Shown piece after piece: positions 7,943-16,288 of a DNA stretch of 42,058 bases. Position 1 is the first letter of the stretch. Every line of letters starts with the position of its first letter. The notes below the pieces were generated by a model. It was not told the DNA's origin and searched no databases. It saw only the letters and a list, made by a program, of their open reading frames with translations. The stretch comes from a virus. The position numbers and the translations under genes are program-made. Location: IMG/VR virus record IMGVR_UViG_3300045988_049432; one strand, written 5' to 3'.

Positions 7943-9841
7943 ATGTTGTACAAAGGGTACATAAAGACAAAAGGCAAGAAAGCAATCGAGGCATTCAAAG
8001 ACCGGACAAAATACCGCACTTATGACGAAGTGAAGAATCTTGAAGGGTTCGGTGGTGTTCTTGCTGATGATACCATCCTGATAGATATTGACGATGCTGA
8101 ACAGTCTGAAATTTTAATGAACATTGTGGAAGAATATCAGCTTGATTGCCGGGTGTATTGTACAAGCCGTGGCAGACATTTTTTATTTAAGAATCATAGT
8201 ATTACAAGGAACAGGACACACGTACCGCTTGCGGTTGGTCTGACAGCAGATATAAAACTTGGTACACGTTCATCATATGAAGTAATCAAGATTGACGGTG
8301 AAGAACGCTTTATTGAGTGGGACATTGAAGAAGGTGGAACGTATCAGGAAGTTCCAAAATGGTTGTTCCCGGTTCGTACAGCGGTTGACTTTCTTGATAT
8401 GGATGCAGGTGACGGACGCAATCAAGCGTTATTCAATTATATCCTGACACTTACATCAAATGATTTTAGTGTTGATGATACAAGAGAATGTATCAGGATT
8501 CTGAACAGATTTGTACTGAAAGAACCGTTATCTGATGATGAACTGGAAGTGATTCTTAGGGATGAAGCATTTCAAAAACCTGTATTCTTTTGTGATAAGA
8601 CATTCCTGTTTGACCGTTTTGCAACATGGCTTAAGAACAATGAAAATGTGGTCAGTATAAGTAATCAGTTACATATCTATCAAGATGGGATTTATCAGGT
8701 TGGGTACAAGGCTATTGAAACAGCTATGATCAATCAGATACCTAACCTGAAAAAGACACAGCGAAGAGAAGTATTAGAGTATATGGAACTTATAGCTGAT
8801 GAAAAAGCACAGGCAGATGCACGTTATATAGCATTCAGGAATGGTGTGTTGGATATTGTGACCGGACAGATGCAACCATTCAGCCCTGATTTGGTTATTA
8901 CCAATCAAATACCTTGGGACTATAACCCGGAAGCCTACAGTGAACTTGCTGATGATACACTGAACAAATTAGCTTGCGGTGATCAACCGATCAGGGCATT
9001 ACTGGAAGAATGCATTGGATATTGCTTTTACCGCAGGAATGAACTTGGTAAGGCATTCATCCTGACAGGTGACAAGTCCAATGGTAAGAGTACATTCCTT
9101 GATTGTGTCAAAGCAATTCTTGGTGATGGGAATATATCAGCACTTGACCTTAAGGAATTAGGGGACAGGTTCAGCACATCAATGATGTTCGGAAAACTGG
9201 CAAATATCGGTGATGATATTGGTGATGACTTCCTGCAAGGTTCACAGGTAGCAACATTCAAGAAAGTAGTTACAGGTAACAGAATCAAAGCAGAAAGAAA
9301 AGGGCAAGACCCTTTTGAGTTCAATCCTTATGTGAAGCTGCTGTTTTCAGCAAATGACATACCAAGAATGAAAGATAAGACAGGGGCAGTTCTTAGACGT
9401 TTGGTAATTATTCCATTCAACGCAAGATTTACAAAGTATTTACCAAGTGGTGAGATTGACCCGGATTACAACCCTTATATCAAGTATCAGTTGGTTGAAC
9501 AAAGTTCAGTTGAATATCTGATCAGGGTAGGTGTAGAAGGACTGAAAAGAATCATTGAAAACAATGAGTTCACAAAGTCTGAAAAAGTGGCTGAACAGAT
9601 TGATGAATATGAAAATGAAAACAACCCAATCAAGGCATTTATTGATGAATGCGGTGTTGAAATGATTGAGGATGAACCGACAGGTGACGTATACAGCAGG
9701 TATCAAGTATTTTGTGCTGATTGCGGTATGCAGCCAATGTCAAACATTGTATTCAGTAAGCAGATCAATAAGCGGTTGGGATTTGAAACAGTAGTGACTA
9801 AGGTAGGCGGTAAATCTATCAGGATATTTAGAAAGGTGTGA
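7943..9841 (+). CDS. Bifunctional primase-polymerase / SF3 helicase, phage-plasmid P4 (D5) family
   Basis: N-terminal prim-pol acidic motif ILIDIDD. Central Walker A GDKSNGKST and Walker B-like NIGDD. Basic C-terminal end, probably a winged helix. Confidence 0.8.
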   Translation: MLYKGYIKTKGKKAIEAFKDRTKYRTYDEVKNLEGFGGVLADDTILIDIDDAEQSEILMNIVEEYQLDCRVYCTSRGRHFLFKNHSITRNRTHVPLAVGLTADIKLGTRSSYEVIKIDGEERFIEWDIEEGGTYQEVPKWLFPVRTAVDFLDMDAGDGRNQALFNYILTLTSNDFSVDDTRECIRILNRFVLKEPLSDDELEVILRDEAFQKPVFFCDKTFLFDRFATWLKNNENVVSISNQLHIYQDGIYQVGYKAIETAMINQIPNLKKTQRREVLEYMELIADEKAQADARYIAFRNGVLDIVTGQMQPFSPDLVITNQIPWDYNPEAYSELADDTLNKLACGDQPIRALLEECIGYCFYRRNELGKAFILTGDKSNGKSTFLDCVKAILGDGNISALDLKELGDRFSTSMMFGKLANIGDDIGDDFLQGSQVATFKKVVTGNRIKAERKGQDPFEFNPYVKLLFSANDIPRMKDKTGAVLRRLVIIPFNARFTKYLPSGEIDPDYNPYIKYQLVEQSSVEYLIRVGVEGLKRIIENNEFTKSEKVAEQIDEYENENNPIKAFIDECGVEMIEDEPTGDVYSRYQVFCADCGMQPMSNIVFSKQINKRLGFETVVTKVGGKSIRIFRKV

Positions 9842-9845
9842 CAGT

Positions 9846-10055
9846 ATGGAAAAGTTAGTATTAACAGGTACGGTTTGTTTTTGCATTGGTCTTACAATCG
9901 GGTTGATTCTTGGTTGTGTAGTGATGGCATTAGCTGTTGCAGCTAAAAAGTACAAGCCAAAGACGGAAGAAATTGATGATTGTTGGGGTTGTTTTGGTGC
10001 TGCAATGGGTGATTGCGATCACTGCCCGGTGAAAGGAGATGACGAAGATGATTAA
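9846..10055 (+). CDS. Small membrane protein with a Cys-rich acidic tail
   Basis: One TM segment, then CWGCFGAAMGDCDHCP. Confidence 0.45.
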   Translation: MEKLVLTGTVCFCIGLTIGLILGCVVMALAVAAKKYKPKTEEIDDCWGCFGAAMGDCDHCPVKGDDEDD

Positions 10056-11451
10056 ATACTTAAGTCTATTCAGTGGAATAGGTGCATTTGAAAAAGCACT
10101 ACAGCGGTTGCAGATTCCGTTTGAACTGATAGGATATTGTGAAATTGATAAGTATGCATCAAAGGCTTATTCGTTAATCCACAGTGTGCCGGAAAGTATG
10201 AATTTTGGAGATATTACAAAGATCGATGCATCGAAGTTACCAAAAGATATTGATTTGATTACATACGGTTTCCCATGTCAAGATATTTCACTGGCAGGAA
10301 AACAGAAAGGTTTTGAGGATGAAAACGGCAATAAAACGAGATCGGGTTTATTCTTTGATGCATTAAGGATAATTGAAGAATGCCAACCTAAAATTGCAAT
10401 AGCTGAAAATGTAAAAAATCTAACAAGTAAGAAGTTCAGTGAACAGTTCAGCATTGTTTTGAACAGCTTGAAAGATGCAGGATATAACAACTATTGGAAA
10501 GTGCTGAATGCAAAAGATTATGAAGTACCACAAAACAGAGAGAGTATTCATAATCAGTATCAGAAAAGATGTTGATACAGGTGTTTTTGAGTTTCCTGAA
10601 CCTGTTCAGCTGAACAGATGCCTTAAGAATTTATTGGAAGGTACAGTTGATGAAAAATATTATGTTTCACAAGAAAGGCTAAAAAAGATTCAACTTTCAA
10701 ATTTTCAACAAGAACGAAAAATGATTCAGAACAGGGGGGGGGATATGTTCAACCCTTCTTGCAAGGGACTATAAAGACCCTAAATGTGTAAAGGTGTAGA
10801 AAATGAATGAAGATAAGAACATCATGTTTCTTGGGAACATATATCCAACGAAAACAAGAAAAAATCCAAATCAAGGCAGAGTGTATGACCCGGAAGGGAT
10901 AGCACCAACGCTAAATTGTAAGGGGGGGGCAACCTGGAACCGTTTATTTTAATTAAAGCAAATACTAGAGCCGGATATGAAGCAGCAGAGTTGGGTGATT
11001 CTGTAAATTTGGAATACCCAAACAGTACAACTAGAAGGGGTAGAGTTGGGAAACAAGTAGCACAAACAATAACAACTTCCCCTAATCAGGGGGGGTCGTG
11101 TTAAAACCAATGACAGATAAAGTATTAAATCCGCTGAAAGGAAAAACAGAATACGGTTGGCACTTTGAACAGCAAGTGTACGATCAGGAAGGGGTGACAA
11201 GAGCATTGAAAGCAGGTGGCGGTAGTGGAAACATACCAAAAGTTATAAAACCGGAACTTACCATAAGAAAATTGACACCAAAGGAATGCTTCAGGCTGAT
11301 GGGGTTTGATGATTCAGACGTTGATGTGTTAATAGAGAACGGAATTTCAAACACGCAGCTTTATAAAATGGCCGGTAATTCTATCGTTGTGAATGTGTTG
11401 GAATTTCTATTTTGTCAGATGTTCGATAGTAACAATGAAATTTGGGTGTAG
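10039..11451 (+). pseudogene. C5 cytosine DNA methyltransferase, disrupted by four frameshifts and one in-frame TAG
   Basis: Motif I FSGIGAF, motif IV GFPCQDIS, motif VI ENV. Motif VIII QNRE|RVF is split across frames at (AG)4 10537-10544. The TRD-like pieces ICSTLLARDYKDPK, GIAPTLNCKGG and PNSTTRRGRVGKQVAQTI lie in different frames. Motifs IX/X are ECFRLMGF and AGNSIVVNV. The breaks fall at G9 (10734-10742), G8 (10922-10929) and G7 (11089-11095), plus TAG at 10795-10797. Confidence 0.85.
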
Positions 11452-11466
11452 AAAGGAAAGATGTAA

Positions 11467-11667
11467 ATGTACAAAAATAGTGAAGGATATGTTGACCCAA
11501 CAGCAGGTGCAGCAATGGCAACAGTTAAAAGGGAAGAAAATGCAGAACTGAATGACCGTAACCACAGACTGATTCAGGTAATCAGAAACATTGTTGACAT
11601 TGCCGGGTTTGAAATTGTTGGAAGGGTGACATTGAAACATAAGAAATCAGGTAAGGTGTTTCACTAA
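11467..11667 (+). CDS. Small hypothetical phage protein
   Basis: 66-aa ORF preceded by GGAAAG. The EGYVDPTAG motif is seen in small Firmicutes-phage proteins, as I recall. Confidence 0.5.
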   Translation: MYKNSEGYVDPTAGAAMATVKREENAELNDRNHRLIQVIRNIVDIAGFEIVGRVTLKHKKSGKVFH

Positions 11668-11700
11668 TTTGATGCACCAATCGGTGTTGTGGTGGTAGTG

Positions 11701-11961
11701 GTTACGGTAAAGTTACAGTTGGTTACGGTTAATGGTTACGGTTGAAACCCTTGTAAATACTGGCGGTTACGGTTGTCTACGGTTAAAAGTACATTCTTTA
11801 ATAATTAGTATTTTATGATAGTATAGAACTTAGTAAAAATAAGAATATATAGAGAATAGAGTTTTAACCGTAACCGTAGAAACCGTAACTTCCTTGATTT
11901 ATAAGGGTTTGAAGCACTTTTTAGGCTATTTTTAACCGTAACCGAAGTGTAACCAACCGTA
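11701..11961. repeat. Iteron module A: GTTAC(G/A)GT repeats, AT-rich core, inverted ACCGTAAC repeats
   Basis: Forward copies start at 11701, 11712, 11722, 11735 and 11766, plus TCTACGGT at 11776. The AT-rich core spans about 11790-11865. Inverted copies are at 11867, 11882 and 11935, plus ACCGTAGA at 11873 and 11954. Confidence 0.8.
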
Positions 11962-11976
11962 GAAAGTGAGGTAAAA

Positions 11977-12426
11977 ATGAGTGATCAGAAGAAATTAAGT
12001 GCAAGGGAATATCTGAAACAGCTTGAAGTGTTAGATATGCAGATAAATGATGATATTGCCACGCTGTCAGATATGAAAATGAACGTATGCAGTGCAGGCG
12101 GTATTGATTACAGCCGGGACAAAGTGCAGACTTCACCTGTAGGTGATAAGTTATGTAAGGATGTAGTGAGGTATACCATGTTTGACCAACACATCAATGA
12201 AGAAATAGATCAGTTTGTTGATGCAAAGAAGCAGATCATTAAGGAAATCCGTGGATTGCGTGACAAGAATATGATTCAGATTCTTACAAAAGTGTATGTG
12301 CAGTTTAAAACAGTCAAGGTTGCTTCACAGGAAATGAAAAAATCTTATTCATATACTGTAGAACTGCATAATAAGGCACTTTCAGCGTTTGAAGATACCT
12401 ATAAAAACCTTACATATCTGACATAA
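11977..12426 (+). CDS. Putative late-gene transcriptional regulator (sigma region-4-like / DUF1492- or RinA-like)
   Basis: It lies immediately upstream of terS. The pattern AREYLKQL...DYSRDKVQTSP...ILTKVYV...SYSYTVELHNKALSAFE resembles that family. This call is from memory only. Confidence 0.45.
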   Translation: MSDQKKLSAREYLKQLEVLDMQINDDIATLSDMKMNVCSAGGIDYSRDKVQTSPVGDKLCKDVVRYTMFDQHINEEIDQFVDAKKQIIKEIRGLRDKNMIQILTKVYVQFKTVKVASQEMKKSYSYTVELHNKALSAFEDTYKNLTYLT

Positions 12427-12443
12427 AACCAACTATTTCATAT

Positions 12444-12472
12444 TTGACAAATACAAGCAGACCTTTTATAGT
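12444..12472 (+). promoter_or_regulatory. Sigma-70-type promoter TTGACA-17-TATAGT
   Basis: -35 at 12444-12449 and -10 at 12467-12472, with a 17-nt spacer. Confidence 0.55.
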
Positions 12473-12491
12473 GTATGCTGTACAAAAATTT

Positions 12492-12521
12492 TTGCAGGTA
12501 ATTTATTACCTGCAATTTTTT
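12492..12521 (+). terminator. Rho-independent terminator upstream of terS
   Basis: TTGCAGGTAAT / ATTACCTGCAA stem followed by TTTTTT. Confidence 0.7.
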
Positions 12522-12551
12522 ATGCAAAATTATATTGCTTATTGTCTTATG

Positions 12552-12594
12552 TGCTACAAGGGTGCTAAAACCTCCTACCTTGCAGCATTTTTTG
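12552..12594 (+). terminator. Second terminator-like hairpin upstream of terS
   Basis: TGCTACAAGG ... CCTTGCAGCA stem (one mismatch) followed by TTTTTTG. Confidence 0.5.
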
Positions 12595-12624
12595 TTATAA
12601 AAATAATAGAAAGGCGGTGTTGTT

Positions 12625-13131
12625 ATGGCAAAAAAAGGCAAATTAACTGAAAAGCAGCAACGTTTTGTTGATGAATACCTGATTGACCTGAATGCAACAC
12701 AGGCAGCTATTAGGGCAGGTTATTCAGTAAAAACAGCGGATGCAATCGGATGTGAAAACTTGACAAAACCTAATATTCAACAGGCTATTGCTGAACACAT
12801 GGCAGAACGGTCACGAAGAACCGGAGTGAATCAGGATAGGATTGTATTAGAGCTTGCCAAGATTGCATTTGTCAGAATGACAGACGTTGTTGACAGTAAC
12901 GGAAGAATCAAACAGGATGCATCTGCTGATGATCTTTCCTGTATTGAATCAATCAAATATAAGGAATCTGATAATGAATTTGGTGGAAGTGTTGAAAGAG
13001 AAGTCAAGATTGCTTCCAAGATGAAAGCCCTTGAACTGCTTGGTAAACATTTAGGTATGTGGAATGATAAGTTAGATGTGAATGTGACAGCCCCTATTGT
13101 TATTTCAGGAGCAGACGCACTTGAGGACTAA
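12625..13131 (+). CDS. terS: Terminase small subunit
   Basis: LTEKQQRFVDEYLIDLNATQAAIRAGYS is the Terminase_2-type HTH N-terminus. It lies directly before TerL. Confidence 0.85.
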   Translation: MAKKGKLTEKQQRFVDEYLIDLNATQAAIRAGYSVKTADAIGCENLTKPNIQQAIAEHMAERSRRTGVNQDRIVLELAKIAFVRMTDVVDSNGRIKQDASADDLSCIESIKYKESDNEFGGSVEREVKIASKMKALELLGKHLGMWNDKLDVNVTAPIVISGADALED

Positions 13132-14461
13132 ATACAGGCAGCCATCAAGTCAATATGTATTTGGTTATCAGAAGTTCATTCTGATGCCGGAAGATTACAA
13201 GGCTACAAAGTCCGGTAAGGTCAATGTGAAATTGCCGGAAGTAGTCGGTAAGGGTTACGGTACATTTTGGCGGTGGAAAGGTAGATACCGGGCAGTCAAA
13301 GGTTCACGTGCATCTAAGAAGTCAAAGACTACAGCATTATGGTACATCACCAATATGATGAAGTACCCTGATGCGAATACCTTAGTTGTCAGAAAAACTT
13401 ACAGAACACTAAAGGATTCCTGTTTTACCGAATTGAAATGGGCTATACATCGACTCGGTGTTGATGCTTTTTGGGATATAAAAGAATCACCACTTGAAAT
13501 GACGTATAAGCCAACAGGTCAAAAGATTTATTTCAGGGGACTGGATGACCCACTGAAAGTAACATCAATCACTGTTGATCAGGGTGTATTGTGTTGGATG
13601 TGGATTGAAGAAGCATATGAAATTAGTTCAGAGGATGATTTCAATATGCTTGATGAATCTATTCGTGGTGCAATCCCGGAAGGTTCAGACCTGTTCAAGC
13701 AGATCACCGTCACTTTCAACCCTTGGAATGAACACCATTGGTTGAAGAAACGGTTTTTTGATAACCCTGACGATGAAACACTTGCACTTACCACCAATTA
13801 CACCTGCAACGAATGGTTAGATAAAGCCGATCTTAAGGTTTTTGAAACCATGAAGAAACAGAATCCACGCAGATATGCAGTTGCCGGACTTGGTAACTGG
13901 GGCATCGTTGACGGTCTTGTGTATGAGAATTGGCATGAAGAAGCCTTTACACTGGAACAGATCAGACAGCAATACAAGATTGATTCAGCCTTTGGTTTAG
14001 ACTTTGGTTATACGAATGACCCATCTGCATTGTTTTGTGGATTCATTGACACGAAGAACAAAAAGATATTCGTGTGGGATGAAATGTATAGTGCAGGTCT
14101 TTCCAATGAGCGAATATATCAGAACATCACTGATATGGGCTATGCAAAGGAAAGAATCACAGCGGATTCAGCAGAACCAAAGTCTATTGATCAGTTAAAG
14201 GGTTATGGTCTTAGGGTCAAAGGTGCTGAAAAAGGTAAGGACAGCATCAACAGCGGTATTCAGTTCATTCAGGACTTTGAAATCATCATACATCCAAGAT
14301 GTGTGAACTTCCTGACGGAGATCAGCAACTATACTTGGGACAAGGACAAGTTCGGTAATAAACTGAACCGCCCTATTGATGACTTCAATCACCTTATGGA
14401 TGCAATGCGATATGCATTAGAAAAATATATCAAGAAAGGCAGCGGTTGGTTATACAAATAG
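13097..14461 (+). CDS. terL: Terminase large subunit (PBSX/XtmB-like); true start probably ATG 13184
   Basis: Walker A-like GSRASKKSKT. The nuclease half has GLDFGYTNDPSA and DSAEPKSI motifs. 454-aa ORF. Confidence 0.85.
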   Translation: MLFQEQTHLRTKYRQPSSQYVFGYQKFILMPEDYKATKSGKVNVKLPEVVGKGYGTFWRWKGRYRAVKGSRASKKSKTTALWYITNMMKYPDANTLVVRKTYRTLKDSCFTELKWAIHRLGVDAFWDIKESPLEMTYKPTGQKIYFRGLDDPLKVTSITVDQGVLCWMWIEEAYEISSEDDFNMLDESIRGAIPEGSDLFKQITVTFNPWNEHHWLKKRFFDNPDDETLALTTNYTCNEWLDKADLKVFETMKKQNPRRYAVAGLGNWGIVDGLVYENWHEEAFTLEQIRQQYKIDSAFGLDFGYTNDPSALFCGFIDTKNKKIFVWDEMYSAGLSNERIYQNITDMGYAKERITADSAEPKSIDQLKGYGLRVKGAEKGKDSINSGIQFIQDFEIIIHPRCVNFLTEISNYTWDKDKFGNKLNRPIDDFNHLMDAMRYALEKYIKKGSGWLYK

Positions 14462-14465
14462 CTGT

Positions 14466-14807
14466 ATGGTTAAAATCATGAAAATAAAGATTCACAATGA
14501 TGTATGGAAGGTCAAACTGGTGGATGCAAATGCAAAAAAAATGAACCCTGACCCAAACAGCTATAATTTTGGGCTGACCGAATATAAGGAACTTCTGATC
14601 AGTATTATGGACAGACGTTCTGAATCAGTGACACGTTCAACACTGATTCATGAATTGGTTCATGCATTTATGTTTTCATACGGTCACACTGTTGAAGGTG
14701 AAGAAGCAATGTGTGACTTTTTCGGGGTTCATGCTGATGAAATTATTGACCTTACAAATCAGATTATGGGAAGGTGGGGTGACAGGTGCTTACAGTCGAA
14801 GAAATAA
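14466..14807 (+). CDS. Small HExxH zinc-metallopeptidase-like protein
   Basis: 113 aa with LIHELVHAF. It lies between terL and the portal gene. Confidence 0.5.
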   Translation: MVKIMKIKIHNDVWKVKLVDANAKKMNPDPNSYNFGLTEYKELLISIMDRRSESVTRSTLIHELVHAFMFSYGHTVEGEEAMCDFFGVHADEIIDLTNQIMGRWGDRCLQSKK

Positions 14808-16288
14808 AGATGTTCATTGATGAAGATGCTGCATCAGTGAAAAAGCATTTTGCAAGAGTAGGTGAACGCTATTTTGACGGTGATCACGACATTAAAAATT
14901 ACAGAATGTTTTACTTCAATTCTGATGGTCAGCTTGTGGAAGATACAAGCCGGGCAAATGTGAGAATACCACACCCATTCTTTAAGGAACTGACAGAACA
15001 GGGTACACAGTATACCCTTTCAGGTTCAGATGGTTTTGTATTCAGTGATGTGCCTGAACTACAGAGTGAACTTGATGCAAGATTCAATAATAACGATGAT
15101 TTTATTGATGAACTGTCAGAAACACTTACAGACTGTCAGACAAAAGGTTTTGCTTATATGTACGCTATGAAAGACAGCACTGACAAGCTGAAATTCACGT
15201 GTGCTGACAGTATTGGTGTTGTAGAAGTAGAAGCACGATTTGCAGAGGACGGAAAAGACCATGTAATTTATTGGTACGTTGACCGGGTTGACAAGGAAGG
15301 TCACAGAATCAAGAAAATCATGGATTGGGATGATGAACAGGTTGTTTATTATGTTCAGACAGATGAAGGGGAAATACAGCTTGACGATAAAGCCAAGGTG
15401 AATCCAAGACCACATATACTGTATCAGGTTGATGGTGATGATAATACTTATATTGATTCACTTGGTTTCTTGCCATTCTTCCGGTTGGATAATAACAAGA
15501 AACAGTTCAGCAACCTGAAAGCAGTAAAAGACCTGATTGATGATTATGACCTTATGGCATCCAGTCTTTCCAATAACCTGATTGACTTTGACCATCCATT
15601 ATATGCAGTCAAAGGGTTTGAAGGTGATAACCTTGATGAATTGCAGCAGAATCTTAAGACAAAAAAGATTGTCGGTGTCGGTTCAGATGGTGGTATTGAA
15701 GTACATACAGTAGATGTACCGTATGAAGCCCGGAAGGTTAAATTGGAACTGGATGAAAAGAACATATATCGTTTTGGTATGGGGCTGAACTTGTCAGGTC
15801 TGAAAGATACATCAGCAACAACCAATATTGCAATCAAGGCAGCCTATTCACTGCTTGATCTTAGATGTAAACACCTTGAAAGGAATATCAAGCGGTTCTT
15901 GCGTAAGATCGTGGCGGTGTGCATTGATGAAATCAATCAGCAGAACGGTACAGATTATCAGATCACAGATGTTTATTTTGAGTTTACCCACGAAGTAATG
16001 AGTAATGAACAGGAAAATGAACAGAATGAACTTACAGAAGCACAGAAACAACAGGTACAAATCAACACCCTGTTATCACTGGCACAGATTTTTGGTGATG
16101 ATCTGACGATTCAGTATATTTGTGATGTTCTTGATATTGATTATGAGGATGTGAAGGACAAGTTGCCGGATAATGAAGCTGATAAGGTGCAGCAGGTGCA
16201 AGATGATCTTGATTCTATTATACCGGATGATGAAGGTGGTGGAATAGGTGAACAAAGCACAGAAGGAAGTGCAGCAAGCACAGCTTGA
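14786..16288 (+). CDS. Portal protein (SPP1 gp6-like)
   Basis: 500 aa in the position after terminase, with an acidic C-terminus. The N-terminal pattern is typical of SPP1-family portals. Confidence 0.8.
   Translation: MLTVEEIKMFIDEDAASVKKHFARVGERYFDGDHDIKNYRMFYFNSDGQLVEDTSRANVRIPHPFFKELTEQGTQYTLSGSDGFVFSDVPELQSELDARFNNNDDFIDELSETLTDCQTKGFAYMYAMKDSTDKLKFTCADSIGVVEVEARFAEDGKDHVIYWYVDRVDKEGHRIKKIMDWDDEQVVYYVQTDEGEIQLDDKAKVNPRPHILYQVDGDDNTYIDSLGFLPFFRLDNNKKQFSNLKAVKDLIDDYDLMASSLSNNLIDFDHPLYAVKGFEGDNLDELQQNLKTKKIVGVGSDGGIEVHTVDVPYEARKVKLELDEKNIYRFGMGLNLSGLKDTSATTNIAIKAAYSLLDLRCKHLERNIKRFLRKIVAVCIDEINQQNGTDYQITDVYFEFTHEVMSNEQENEQNELTEAQKQQVQINTLLSLAQIFGDDLTIQYICDVLDIDYEDVKDKLPDNEADKVQQVQDDLDSIIPDDEGGGIGEQSTEGSAASTA

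Noticed and set aside
10795-10797. Amber (TAG) stop-codon recoding, suggested by the in-frame TAG in the methyltransferase
   Set aside because: Many well-delimited genes here end in TAG followed by sensible gene boundaries, for example 3348-3350, 11449-11451, 14459-14461 and 23348-23350. TAG is therefore a normal stop and the gene is simply damaged.
11690-11790. A tRNA or other small RNA gene in the GGTTACGG-rich segment
   Set aside because: No cloverleaf can be drawn. The signal is a phased direct repeat of one short motif.
12438-12650. 67/68-aa ORFs on both strands in the regulator-terS spacer
   Set aside because: They run straight through a promoter and two terminator hairpins, and they lack RBSs.
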